The notes: generated from the sequence alone by a model not told the origin. DNA of 64,000 nt from an uncultured Candidatus Saccharibacteria bacterium (GCA_964450605.1 CAYVEK010000001.1:72430-136429), one strand, 5' to 3'. Positions 48,504-58,003 are shown, numbered from the stretch's first letter. Numbers and translations: made by a program.

Positions 48504-49247
48504 ATGAAAATAAAAGTTACCCGAATAATATCAACAACTCTTATATTTGCCGTGTGTTTGGCCGCGACTCAGCCATATGTTGCTTTTGCGGATGAGCACG
48601 GTAAGGGTGGAGAAAAAGGTAAGGGGGTTAAGATGAGTAGTGTTAATTTTTGTACTCAGATAACAACAATGCAAACCCAGACTATCTCTTTGTTTGATAA
48701 AAATATTTCAAAAATAAAACCGCTAAAAGAAGGAAATCTACTGCATGCAAAAAATGCAACAAAGAAGGATTTTGCTGAATATGTTTCTCGTTTAAAACAG
48801 AAATATACACAACCTGCCCAAATTTCAGCCATTGATGCGTTTAAAGCAGAGGTTGATAAGGCTATAGTCGACAGAAAAGTTGCAGTCGATAGTTTGATGT
48901 CAACTGTAAAAACAGAACTTGATAAACTAGTTCAAAATAAAAATACAGATAATTCTACAGCCATAGCAAATGCAAAAGCAACACTTCAAAAAGCATTTGA
49001 GACGGCTAAAACTTCTTGTGCAAACGGAGCTGACCCGAAAACAGTAAAGAAGACTTTAAAAGAAGCTATTCAGACTGTACACATAGCGGCTAAAAAAGGT
49101 CAGAAAAATATAAACCTTCAGGCAAATCCTCAAGTAAAGGATTTGATAACAAAGAAAAAGACCGAATTGCAAACTATTGAAAAAAGCTTCAGAACTCGTA
49201 TTGATACTGCAAAAACAAATCTAAATAATGCTCTAGGTATTAAATAA
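48504..49247 (+). CDS. Secreted Lys-rich alpha-helical protein (247 aa), unknown function
   Basis: Signal peptide (IFAVCLAATQPYVAFA). Confidence 0.5.
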   Translation: MKIKVTRIISTTLIFAVCLAATQPYVAFADEHGKGGEKGKGVKMSSVNFCTQITTMQTQTISLFDKNISKIKPLKEGNLLHAKNATKKDFAEYVSRLKQKYTQPAQISAIDAFKAEVDKAIVDRKVAVDSLMSTVKTELDKLVQNKNTDNSTAIANAKATLQKAFETAKTSCANGADPKTVKKTLKEAIQTVHIAAKKGQKNINLQANPQVKDLITKKKTELQTIEKSFRTRIDTAKTNLNNALGIK

Positions 49248-49261
49248 GTGCAATACAACAA

Positions 49262-49290
49262 AAAAAGCCTATAAACAAGGCTTTTTTGTT
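49262..49290 (+). terminator. Rho-independent terminator
   Basis: aagcct-ataaac-aaggcttttttg. Confidence 0.7.
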
Positions 49291-49327
49291 GCACCCTTTC
49301 TTTTAAAAAATAGTTTTTTAAGATAAA

Positions 49328-51841
49328 ATGATATCCATGAAAAGGTTCCTGAAAAACGCTACAGTCCTTGTTTTTTTCTGTGTTCCTTTTTTTAATACTC
49401 AGGCCTATGGAGAGTTTATGATGACTATAAACACAGATCCAAACGGCTCAAATGATTCAACTATAACTATACCTACTAATCCTAACTATGCGCCCAACTA
49501 TACAGTAGATTGGGGCGATGGAAATACTGATTCAGGTTTAATAGGTGATGCAAGCCATACGTACGCGACTGCTGGTACGTATCAAATTCTCATATCTGGA
49601 AATATTGGCGGATTGTATATTAACAACACTACAGGCATTAAAGAAAAAATTGTTTCTGTTGATCAGTGGGGAACTATACAATGGTTGAGTATGGAAAGAG
49701 CTTTTGCCGGTGTTCCGAGTCTAACTATTAATGCTGTAGATACACCCAACCTAAGTCAGGTGACGGATATGTCATATATATTTGCGAATATACCAACTTT
49801 TTTAGATGCAGGCGGACAGATAAATAATTGGAATACAAGCACTATTCAAACTTTAGAAGGCGCTTTTGTAAATGGTGGGTTTAATGCTGACATATCAGGC
49901 TGGAATGTTTCGAATGTGACTAATATGATAGCGACATTCTCTGGGGCAATATCTTTTAATCAGAATATATCAAACTGGACCACATCAGCTGTGACAAATA
50001 TGCAACAAATGTTTCAAGGAGCAACCTCTTTTAACCAGCCTATTGGTGGTTGGAATACTGGAAATGTAACTTCAATGCAGGGTATGTTTGCAAGTGCATC
50101 AAGTTTTAATCAAACATTGAGCTGGAATACAACTAATGTAACTGACATGTCTTCCATGTTTGAGGCGGCAAGTTCTTTTAATAGTAGTCTTTTTTTTGAT
50201 ACTTCAAATGTAACCAACATGTCATACATGTTCCACGAAGCGATAAATTTTAGTCAATCCTTGTATTTTTATACAAACAAAGTTCAAAACATGTCGTATA
50301 TGTTTGCAGATACTTTATATAACGACAACAGTATAACAGGGTGGAACACTGCAACTACAACAGATATGTCGTATATGTTTGCTAGAAACAGTGCATTTAA
50401 CCAGAACATATCAAACTGGAACACTGGAAAAGTAACAAATATGCAAGGCATGTTTCAAGACGCTATCTCTTTCAATCAAAACATCTCATCTTGGAATACT
50501 GCAAATGTAACTGACATGTCAACTATGTTCAGTGGTGCAACAAGTTTTAGCGCAAATATAGGTTCTTGGAATGTGTCCAAAGTTACAAATTTTTCATACA
50601 TGTTTTCAGCAGCCACAGCCTTTAATATTGATCTGAGTTCTTGGAATACAGCATCGTCAACAGCAATAAATGGGATGTTTGCAAATACAAACTTCAATCA
50701 ACCTCTTAACTCTTGGAATGTTTCTTCTGTAGAACAAATGTCAGATGTTTTTTATCAAGCTTCTTCTTTTAATCAACCTCTGAGTAATTGGAACACTTCA
50801 CATGTTACAAATATGACCAATATGTTCTACGGAGCGTCTTCATTTAACCAAGATCTAAGTTCTTGGAACTTTGAAGCTGTGAATTCTATTGATGATTTTT
50901 TGCGAGATGCCAATATGTCATATATTAATTATGATAAATTGCTAGAGGCTTGGGATACTCAAAATACCCAAAATGGTTTGAGTACGTATGTGTCTAACGG
51001 TTTGTATTGTAATAGTACTTCGTACAGATCACATCTGATTCTTACTAAAGGTTGGAGTATTATAGATGTGGGTACACCTGTAGGATGTCCAGCGCCATAT
51101 GTTGTAAATGTTACATCACCAAATGCGGATAGAAATTATGTGACAGGTGAGACAATTACGATTCAAGTTGTTTTTAGTGAGCCTGTAAATGTTGGAAGTG
51201 GTGGGGCTCCAATATTGCAACTAAGGACAGGAACATCTTCTGCGATTACTGCAAATCTGGTCGGAGGAGGTAATGGTACACATACACTTACGTTTTCTTT
51301 TGTGGTTTCTGCGTCACACAACAGTACTGACCTACAATACTTATCAACCTCTGCCCTGGTTGCCACCATAGAAGATGTTGCAACCAGCTCGCTTCCTGCA
51401 AACACAACCCTTCCAGCACTCAACTCTGTAAATAGTCTTGGAGGCAATAAAAATATCACAATCAATCAAACCGCTCCAGTTGTTTCTACAAGTAGTCCAG
51501 CACAGGCTCAAACAAACTCATGGTTCGGTGCAACTTCTTTCGGGGGAACTATAGAAAACATAAAACCTGCCGGAACGTGCAATGATTTTGTATTCAAAAA
51601 ATCACTTAAACTTGGACAAAAAGATAAAGAGGTTGTGGTGATAAAAAAGTTTTTAAACAAAAATCTTGGAACAAAACTAAATTCAAATACTGTGTTTGAC
51701 AAAGCAACTCAAAAAGCGGTTATTCGTTTTCAAGAAAAATATAGAAAAGATATACTAGAACCGACTCGGCTAAAGAAGGGAACGGGTATGTGGTATAGTG
51801 CAACTATTAAAAAAGCAAATCAGTTGGAGTGTGGTAAATAA
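49328..51841 (+). CDS. Surface protein with about 20 BspA-type/DUF285 leucine-rich repeats and a C-terminal peptidoglycan-binding-like domain
   Basis: Signal peptide. Repeating units of about 25 aa of the form NxxxMxxMFxxAxxFNQxIxxWNTSxVTNM. The C-terminus LKLGQKDKEVVVIKKFLN...FDKATQKAVIRFQEKY resembles PG_binding_1. Confidence 0.75.
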   Translation: MISMKRFLKNATVLVFFCVPFFNTQAYGEFMMTINTDPNGSNDSTITIPTNPNYAPNYTVDWGDGNTDSGLIGDASHTYATAGTYQILISGNIGGLYINNTTGIKEKIVSVDQWGTIQWLSMERAFAGVPSLTINAVDTPNLSQVTDMSYIFANIPTFLDAGGQINNWNTSTIQTLEGAFVNGGFNADISGWNVSNVTNMIATFSGAISFNQNISNWTTSAVTNMQQMFQGATSFNQPIGGWNTGNVTSMQGMFASASSFNQTLSWNTTNVTDMSSMFEAASSFNSSLFFDTSNVTNMSYMFHEAINFSQSLYFYTNKVQNMSYMFADTLYNDNSITGWNTATTTDMSYMFARNSAFNQNISNWNTGKVTNMQGMFQDAISFNQNISSWNTANVTDMSTMFSGATSFSANIGSWNVSKVTNFSYMFSAATAFNIDLSSWNTASSTAINGMFANTNFNQPLNSWNVSSVEQMSDVFYQASSFNQPLSNWNTSHVTNMTNMFYGASSFNQDLSSWNFEAVNSIDDFLRDANMSYINYDKLLEAWDTQNTQNGLSTYVSNGLYCNSTSYRSHLILTKGWSIIDVGTPVGCPAPYVVNVTSPNADRNYVTGETITIQVVFSEPVNVGSGGAPILQLRTGTSSAITANLVGGGNGTHTLTFSFVVSASHNSTDLQYLSTSALVATIEDVATSSLPANTTLPALNSVNSLGGNKNITINQTAPVVSTSSPAQAQTNSWFGATSFGGTIENIKPAGTCNDFVFKKSLKLGQKDKEVVVIKKFLNKNLGTKLNSNTVFDKATQKAVIRFQEKYRKDILEPTRLKKGTGMWYSATIKKANQLECGK

Positions 51842-51875
51842 AAGTAAAATCCCTCAGCTCGGAAGCTTTGGGATA

Positions 51876-52421
51876 TCACGCGGAGAAAAGAAAATCTTGA
51901 GGATTTAAATTTTCTAAGCGCTCGTCGAACACTAAGTGTGTCAGGTCGAACCAGTTCTTGTCCGGAAAGATTCTGGTTTTGTTGATAAGGTTCCAGGCTA
52001 ACCACAATGCTTCATTGATAGTATTTGGGTTTACAGAATCAATGCCGGCATCCAGATTTCTTTGTATAACTTTTGGAAACTCTCTAGCTTTGTATCTTTC
52101 AAAGCAGGTAGTTTCGGGAACACGGAACTGCCAGCATACAACTTTGAAACCTAGGTTTTGCAGCTTTTTTACAAACCGTGCATTTATAACCCAGCTATCG
52201 AGAATAATGCTTTGATCTGGACATGTGATCTCCTGGGTAAGATATAGAGCTGCCTGAAGGGCCAAATTCCCTAATTTACCGACATACTCATCTTCTTCTG
52301 CTATTGACGCAATCCTGTCTAGGGATACGTAGTGCATTTGTGGAAAGTTTTTCTGCATCCACTGGCAGAATGTTGTTTTACCGGCCCCTTGAAAGCCGAT
52401 AGGAATGTATACGACTTTCAT
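51876..52421 (-). CDS. P-loop NTPase / predicted kinase (AAA_33/zeta-toxin-like fold)
   Basis: Walker A GFQGAGKTT near the N-terminus. 181 aa. Confidence 0.55.
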   Translation of the reverse strand: MKVVYIPIGFQGAGKTTFCQWMQKNFPQMHYVSLDRIASIAEEDEYVGKLGNLALQAALYLTQEITCPDQSIILDSWVINARFVKKLQNLGFKVVCWQFRVPETTCFERYKAREFPKVIQRNLDAGIDSVNPNTINEALWLAWNLINKTRIFPDKNWFDLTHLVFDERLENLNPQDFLFSA

Positions 52422-52527
52422 GTTTTGTGGGTGGTTTACTGAAAAGTGTCATACTGATCAGCTTTTACACCATATAATATATATACAAAAAAGTAAACCC
52501 TCAGCCAAACCTTGCGGTTGGTGAGGG

Positions 52528-52809
52528 TTACTCGATTTTGTATTCTGTCTTGAACTGGTACCCGAGGTACCCGTACTGAGTTTTGAGTCGGTCTACTCTG
52601 AGAAAAATGTCTTCAAGCTCTTGCGAGCTCGAAACAGTTCCCATATAGATTTGACCTTTTCTTTTCAGTACAGTATCTGTCCACTTGATGGTGATATCAA
52701 GGTGAACAGGCTTTTCCTCAACTACCGGTTTTAGATACAGAAGCGGGCCGTATACCATATCCGCCAAAATAGGCAGACACAGCAAGGCGACAAAGAACAT
52801 GTGTTTCAT
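52528..52809 (-). CDS. Small secreted protein (93 aa)
   Basis: Signal peptide MKHMFFVALLCLPILA. A hairpin with a T-run lies downstream on the minus strand (52495-52535). Confidence 0.45.
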   Translation of the reverse strand: MKHMFFVALLCLPILADMVYGPLLYLKPVVEEKPVHLDITIKWTDTVLKRKGQIYMGTVSSSQELEDIFLRVDRLKTQYGYLGYQFKTEYKIE

Positions 52810-52855
52810 GAGGGTGCTGTGGTTTCGACTCAGTATAGCATGATATAATGGCTAT

Positions 52856-53458
52856 ATGAAAATCATCAAAATTCTCATATATGTAGTACTTGCACTCCTT
52901 GTTGTCTATGGAGTTCTCTCTTTTACCAACTCTTTGTCTAAGCCGGGAACCAAGTTTTCATTAACTCAAAGCGCCGTAGTAACTCGTATGCAGGCACTTT
53001 CTCGTCTTGAGACTGCTTCATTTACTATCGAAAAGATTATAGAAGGAGGTATTCAAGGTAATGTATTTCAAAATATTTTATACGGCGACAAGATACTCCT
53101 CATAGCACATGCAGACGTTGTTGCAGGCTTCGATCTTTCAAAGATCACAACACAAGATGTGACCGTGTCAGGTAAAGAGCTTGTGGTGTATCTACCAGCA
53201 CCGGAGATATTGTACAGTCGACTTGATAATGCTCAGACAAAAGTTTATGACAGAAAACTCGGCCTTCTTACAAAAGGTGATAGTGACCTAGAATCACAAG
53301 CTCGAGCAAAAGCAGAAGAGACTATACGAAAAGCGGCATGTGATGCGGGTATCTTAAAGATGGCAACTGATAATGCTCAGAAACAATTTCAAGGAATGTT
53401 TGGCACAGCTGGTTTTGAAAAAGTTGTTGTGACAGCAAAAGCGGGAGAGTGTAAATAA
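52856..53458 (+). CDS. Membrane-anchored hypothetical protein (200 aa; DUF4230-like)
   Basis: One N-terminal TM helix. The C-terminus ends in Cys. Confidence 0.45.
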   Translation: MKIIKILIYVVLALLVVYGVLSFTNSLSKPGTKFSLTQSAVVTRMQALSRLETASFTIEKIIEGGIQGNVFQNILYGDKILLIAHADVVAGFDLSKITTQDVTVSGKELVVYLPAPEILYSRLDNAQTKVYDRKLGLLTKGDSDLESQARAKAEETIRKAACDAGILKMATDNAQKQFQGMFGTAGFEKVVVTAKAGECK

Positions 53459-54082
53459 TCAAGTTCGTTTATCACGTTTCTTCCACTCGATAAGAGAACC
53501 AAGCTCTCTTTCAAATGCATCAGCAGGGCGCAGATATTTTTCTTGAGACTTTGGAAATAAAAGTTTGGTTGGTGTGTTATACATTTTTTCAGCAATAGGA
53601 TACAGGTCTTCTGTTGTGGTTATCCATTCTGTTCCAAATTTACTCATATCAAATGGTCCAGCAAAACCGCGTAATACTTTTTTTCCATTTGTATCTTTCC
53701 AACACTCGTGCATATACGACAACGCAAGTTCCCGCAGCGTTTTGTATACTGGATCTCTAAACCTTAGTGCGAGATGATTAGTTTTACTGATAGCACCCCA
53801 ATACCCGTTTATCTTATACAGAGTTACCATATGATTTATATCACCTGGAACTTTGAGTTCGAGTACAAGTGGCTTGTGTCCATGTATCCACAGAGCTGTG
53901 GCAGCAAAAAGAGCCCCTTCAAAACAATGAGCCTTTTTGTGTTTGAGCACTTCCCGAGGTGACATGTTTGTATCACCTTCTTTTTCCCAGTTTATAGCCA
54001 AAGTATCTAAAAAATCTTGTATCTTGATTGGAGTGTTTAGTTTTTTGAATATCTGTAGTTCTTCTCGGGTCAGGTTGAACAT
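53459..54082 (-). CDS. Hypothetical protein with a Cys/His motif suggestive of a transglutaminase-like/papain-fold enzyme (speculative)
   Basis: KAHCFEGALFAATAL (candidate catalytic Cys) and downstream INHMVTLY (candidate His). Confidence 0.4.
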   Translation of the reverse strand: MFNLTREELQIFKKLNTPIKIQDFLDTLAINWEKEGDTNMSPREVLKHKKAHCFEGALFAATALWIHGHKPLVLELKVPGDINHMVTLYKINGYWGAISKTNHLALRFRDPVYKTLRELALSYMHECWKDTNGKKVLRGFAGPFDMSKFGTEWITTTEDLYPIAEKMYNTPTKLLFPKSQEKYLRPADAFERELGSLIEWKKRDKRT

Positions 54083-54131
54083 GATATAAGTGTATCAATT
54101 TATCAATAAATGAGATACTATATACATATCT

Positions 54132-54548
54132 ATGAGAAGAAAGTATAATCCCGGACTCGTGAAAGTAGTTGTAAAGAGATCAAGCGCAGGACTCGGACTA
54201 TTTGCAGGAGAGGACATCAAAAAAGGAACATGTATCATTGAGTACATCGGTCGACAGATAAAAGGGCAAGAAGAATATACCAGCAACAGTAAATATCTTT
54301 TTGAAGTAAATGCTCGTATGACTATAGATGGTCGAGACAGATCTAATACTGCTCGATATATCAATCATTCATGCAGACCTAATTGTGAGACTGAAACATA
54401 CAAAAGAAGAGTGTATATATTTGCGTATAAGAACATAAAAGCAGGGGAGGAACTTACATATGATTATGGAAAAGAATATTGGGGTGAGCATATTAAACCG
54501 ATAGGGTGTCGGTGTGTGAAGTGTCAGGAGAAAAAGGAAAACAAATAA
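54132..54548 (+). CDS. SET-domain protein-lysine methyltransferase with a post-SET Cys motif
   Basis: GLGLFA...NHSCRPNC...ELTYDY...GCRCVKC are canonical SET and post-SET motifs. 138 aa. Confidence 0.8.
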   Translation: MRRKYNPGLVKVVVKRSSAGLGLFAGEDIKKGTCIIEYIGRQIKGQEEYTSNSKYLFEVNARMTIDGRDRSNTARYINHSCRPNCETETYKRRVYIFAYKNIKAGEELTYDYGKEYWGEHIKPIGCRCVKCQEKKENK

Positions 54549-55059
54549 CAGGGTGTCCAAGCATGTCGTATGCTATGCAGGAAGGTTTGTATTTGCTAAA
54601 GAAAATCTCTCCCTCAGTACTCCAAATCGTTGCGTAAAAATTTTGAATCGCAAAACCTTGAGACAAGGCGTATTTTAAATTTTCATTAAATAGTTTTCTT
54701 CCTAGTCCGTGCTTTTGATATTCTGGCAGTATCGCTATAGAGCAAATATATACATTAATATTTTTATTAGTACTTTTATCTATAATTGATTCCATGTGTC
54801 CTTCACGCACAACTCCCTTTTTTAATTGTTCTATACCAAAAGCTGATATTTTTTGCGCATCAATATATCCCACGATAACATCTTTTTCATTTAAAGCGAC
54901 ATGGCAAAAAGAAGATGTATCTATGTTGTACCAATAATCAACATCTCCGGTATCATCTCGAGATAATTCGCCAAAGATTTTAGAGTCCAGGTCTATAAGT
55001 TTCTGTATAAGCTCTTTTTGATTTTTAAATTCAGATGAGTTTTTTATAACCATTGTCAT
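54493..55059 (-). CDS. GNAT-family N-acetyltransferase
   Basis: YQKHGLGRKLF acetyl-CoA-binding motif. The ORF-track start at 55122 runs through the terminator hairpin, so the Met at 55059 is preferred. Confidence 0.6.
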   Translation of the reverse strand: MTMVIKNSSEFKNQKELIQKLIDLDSKIFGELSRDDTGDVDYWYNIDTSSFCHVALNEKDVIVGYIDAQKISAFGIEQLKKGVVREGHMESIIDKSTNKNINVYICSIAILPEYQKHGLGRKLFNENLKYALSQGFAIQNFYATIWSTEGEIFFSKYKPSCIAYDMLGHPVICFPFSPDTSHTDTLSV

Positions 55060-55075
55060 GTTGTGTATTGTAACA

Positions 55076-55114
55076 AAAATTTCCCCACCCACGGCATGGT
55101 GCCGGGGTGGGGTG
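55076..55114 (-). terminator. Hairpin-repeat terminator, copy 1: ccccaccc-acggcatggtgccg-gggtgggg, with a T-run on the minus strand
   Basis: Perfect 8-bp outer stem plus 5-bp inner stem. A near-identical copy lies at 55487-55525. Confidence 0.7.
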
Positions 55115-55118
55115 AGGA

Positions 55119-55433
55119 TCATGACTCACTGCTCTTATCCCAAGGTTTTGGGAAGCAGAAGTTGAATGTAAGTTCCTCGGGCCCAGTTCTGAAGCCGAGT
55201 TGGAAGAAGTCGAACGATCCGTCGCGACCTCTTCGCATAAACTTCAATGCATCTGTTGCGTCGACCAGGAACAGGCCCGGATGGTCATTTTCGGCCGGTA
55301 ACAAGATGCCTGAGGCTCCTTGCAACTTGAATGGTGTTGTTGTGATCCAGGATGTCACCTGGGTTATGATGGAGGTGTTTGGAGGAACGGTGATGGTCCT
55401 CCATTCGACTGCGGGTGATGATGGCGTGCTCAT
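55119..55433 (-). CDS. Small GC-rich ORFan (105 aa from the ATG) with its own consensus promoter and terminator
   Basis: Minus-strand TTGACA (55470-55475), a 17-nt spacer, TATAAA (55447-55452), then ATG at 55433 with a leader of about 6 nt. Copy-1 hairpin terminator lies just downstream. About 50% GC. Confidence 0.35.
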   Translation of the reverse strand: MSTPSSPAVEWRTITVPPNTSIITQVTSWITTTPFKLQGASGILLPAENDHPGLFLVDATDALKFMRRGRDGSFDFFQLGFRTGPEELTFNFCFPKPWDKSSES

Positions 55434-55439
55434 AAAGTG

Positions 55440-55476
55440 CAAAGTATTTATACTATTTAAGATTCTTAGTGTCAAT
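55440..55476 (-). promoter_or_regulatory. Consensus sigma-70-type promoter (TTGACA-17-TATAAA) for the 105-aa ORF
   Basis: Read directly from the minus strand: ttgacactaagaatcttaaatagtataaa. Confidence 0.55.
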
Positions 55477-55486
55477 TATCATAAAA

Positions 55487-55525
55487 AAAATTTCCCCACC
55501 CACGGCGTGGTGCCGGGGTGGGGTG
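55487..55525 (-). terminator. Hairpin-repeat terminator, copy 2 (ccccaccc-acggcgtggtgccg-gggtgggg)
   Basis: Differs from copy 1 by a single nucleotide (A to G) in the loop. The 8-nt A-run 55483-55490 gives the T-run on the minus strand. Confidence 0.7.
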
Positions 55526-55539
55526 TGAGAGAGAGAGGA

Positions 55540-55941
55540 TCAGGGTGTTCGGAAGAGTAAGTGGCCGGGGCGGGTCACCTTAAATCCAAACAAATAATCC
55601 TGAATCGCTCGAGGACTATCGATGACGCTGAAACGCCATTTCTTGCCCGTGGTGTCCCTTGCGGATATAACGTACTGATGATGTACGTTTTCCAGGGTTT
55701 TCGGGGTCTGGTCGAGGATTTCTCCTTCGACCGTGTACTCCCCAATAGGGAGCTCATGAACCCCAACGATGAACGAGGGTTCGATTTCTTCCCTGACAGC
55801 TACCTTTGCAGGTGCTGTAGGGGCGTTGTGGAATGACGGCTCTTCAGGGTGTTCTGTTATTCCCCAAATAAGCCAAATCATAAATCCTGTTGCCGCGACA
55901 AGTAGGGTGAGTATCACGGCCGGTTTTTTGATAAAGTGCAT
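55540..55941 (-). CDS. Membrane-anchored GC-rich ORFan (about 133 aa from an ATG positioned for leaderless translation)
   Basis: Minus-strand TTGACA (55972-55977), 17-nt spacer, TATGGT (55949-55954), with ATG at 55941 seven nt after the -10. One TM helix. Terminated by copy-2 hairpin. Confidence 0.4.
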   Translation of the reverse strand: MHFIKKPAVILTLLVAATGFMIWLIWGITEHPEEPSFHNAPTAPAKVAVREEIEPSFIVGVHELPIGEYTVEGEILDQTPKTLENVHHQYVISARDTTGKKWRFSVIDSPRAIQDYLFGFKVTRPGHLLFRTP

Positions 55942-55980
55942 AAAAACAACCATACACTTATATTTTGGATATGTCAAGCT

Positions 55981-56688
55981 CTATCTAAACCCATGCACCA
56001 AAAACTCTTTATTTCCATCACCGCCACGTATCGGAGAATCTATAACCTCAAGATTTTTCCATCCTGCATTTTCTAAATCTTTTAAAATATCTGCTATGCA
56101 TTTTTGTGTTGCTTCTTCTGACACCACAACTCCTTGTTTATTTAAATAATCTTGTCCAACTTCAAACTGGGGTTTGATAAGTAAAACTATATGTCCTATG
56201 TGTATAAAACGATCGATGTGAGGAATTATTTTTCGCAGTGATATAAAAGAGACATCGCATACGATTATGTCAACATGTGTGTCAAGAGAAAAATTTCGTA
56301 TATCAGTTTTTTCATGTAACTCTATGTGACCATCTTGACGAAGTTCTGTATCAAACTGATCCGTACCAACATCGACTGCGATTACTTTCTGTGCGCCGTG
56401 TTGTAAAGCGCAATCAGTAAAACCGCCTGTAGAAGATCCGATGTCGAGTATTGTTTTTCCTTGGACATCGATAGACCAATGTTGTATGGCTTTTTCTAGT
56501 TTTTCTCCGGCACGACTTACAAAACGCGGAAGTTCAGTTACTTGTATTTGATCATGTTCATGTACGGTTGTATTTGTTTTTGTTACTGCTGATCCGTTGA
56601 CCAACACTAAACCATCCTCGATGAGACGTTTTGCTACACTTCGACTTTTTACTATTTGTCGTTCAACTAAGGCTATATCTAAACGCAT
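55981..56688 (-). CDS. tlyA: TlyA-family rRNA (cytidine-2'-O)-methyltransferase (S4 RNA-binding plus FtsJ-like MTase)
   Basis: N-terminal S4 domain (RLDIALVERQIV.SRSVAKRLIEDGLVLVNG) and the MTase motif ILDIGSSTGGFT. Confidence 0.85.
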   Translation of the reverse strand: MRLDIALVERQIVKSRSVAKRLIEDGLVLVNGSAVTKTNTTVHEHDQIQVTELPRFVSRAGEKLEKAIQHWSIDVQGKTILDIGSSTGGFTDCALQHGAQKVIAVDVGTDQFDTELRQDGHIELHEKTDIRNFSLDTHVDIIVCDVSFISLRKIIPHIDRFIHIGHIVLLIKPQFEVGQDYLNKQGVVVSEEATQKCIADILKDLENAGWKNLEVIDSPIRGGDGNKEFLVHGFR

Positions 56689-56692
56689 ACGA

Positions 56693-58003
56693 TTATCCTA
56701 CACGTTTTTCGAGTACAATCAAACATTCGACGTGAGGTGTCATGGGAAAATAGTTGTACAGTTTTGCATACACGGGTTTGTATGTGTCTATGATTTCGGC
56801 TAAGTCTCGGGCCTGAGACTCGATGTTACATGACAGATATATCACCTTTGGAGGCAAGGTGTTTCGTATCTTTTGAAGTAGGCGAGGGTGAAGTCCTCCT
56901 CGAGGTGGGTCTACTATGAGTATATCGTTACTGTTTATCTGTTGTAACATCTCGTGAGCTTGGCAGGCGTAGGCTTCGGCTTGTATGTTATTGTCTTGTA
57001 TATTTTGCTTTGCAAATATAACAGCTTCTTTATTTTCCTCAACTAAAGTTACATGTTTTGTGTGTGTAAGAGAAAGGCCGATAGATCCAACTCCAGAATA
57101 AAAATCCAGTATAGAACTAGAAGTAGGTATATGTTCCTGTATGTCGAGCAGTGTCTGTTCAAACACATCGGGATTGATTTGGAAAAAACTAGTAACACCG
57201 AAAGTATATGTGGTATCTCGAAGTTTCTCTGTCAGTGTATGTTTTGGTGCAAGATGCAATATGTCTGTAACTACCGATGCAGGACTTTTTGGTTCAGAAT
57301 AAAAAATAGATAGAAAATCAAAAGGAAGAGTGGTAGTAAGTTTCTCTATATCTCGTGTTTTGGTATACAATCCAGCAATAACTTCTCCGGCACGATTTGA
57401 TCGAAGTATCACTGTTTTTAAATCACTACGTGGAAACTGTACAGTATCGAGCCAGTTGATGATGTCAACCATAACTTTGTTTATAGCAGGTGTTGCAAGT
57501 ACGCAAGGTCTGATCGGTATTTTCTTTTTTTCCATACGTCCAAATATGCCGATATGAAATCTATTGTCATCGTCGGTAAATATATGGTATTCCATCTTGT
57601 GGCGATAAGCAGTTCTCTGATTGTTTGAGTACACTTCGCTTTTCTTGAGAAGATTTGTAACTTCTGTATATGATGCAAAAGTTTTAAGAGCATGTTCTTT
57701 TTTTAAAGTATGCTCATGTTCCAGTGTCATGATTTGCCAAGGACTACACGATACAAAATGATCTTCGAGAGGTTTTACCCGATGAGGTGAAGATGTGACT
57801 ATCTGGTCAGCTTGGAGCTCTTTTCTCTTTTTCTGATATTTGTCTATAGGACAACAAACCGTTTCTCCTGGTATAGCATTCCATACGCTAAAATCCTTGC
57901 CATAGAGCTCGGCATGACATGAACCATCTGGTTGTATGTGATCTGGGGTAAAAGGAGGGGTGTTCATTGATCCGAGTATAGCATTTTGCATACAAATAGA
58001 CAT
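56693..58003 (-). CDS. 23S rRNA (uracil-5)-methyltransferase, RlmD/RumA family
   Basis: FFQINPDVFE, LDFYSGVGSIGLSL (motif I) and DPPRGG (motif IV) blocks, plus N-terminal Cys residues. Start trimmed to avoid overlap with the divergent gene. Confidence 0.75.
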   Translation of the reverse strand: MSICMQNAILGSMNTPPFTPDHIQPDGSCHAELYGKDFSVWNAIPGETVCCPIDKYQKKRKELQADQIVTSSPHRVKPLEDHFVSCSPWQIMTLEHEHTLKKEHALKTFASYTEVTNLLKKSEVYSNNQRTAYRHKMEYHIFTDDDNRFHIGIFGRMEKKKIPIRPCVLATPAINKVMVDIINWLDTVQFPRSDLKTVILRSNRAGEVIAGLYTKTRDIEKLTTTLPFDFLSIFYSEPKSPASVVTDILHLAPKHTLTEKLRDTTYTFGVTSFFQINPDVFEQTLLDIQEHIPTSSSILDFYSGVGSIGLSLTHTKHVTLVEENKEAVIFAKQNIQDNNIQAEAYACQAHEMLQQINSNDILIVDPPRGGLHPRLLQKIRNTLPPKVIYLSCNIESQARDLAEIIDTYKPVYAKLYNYFPMTPHVECLIVLEKRVG

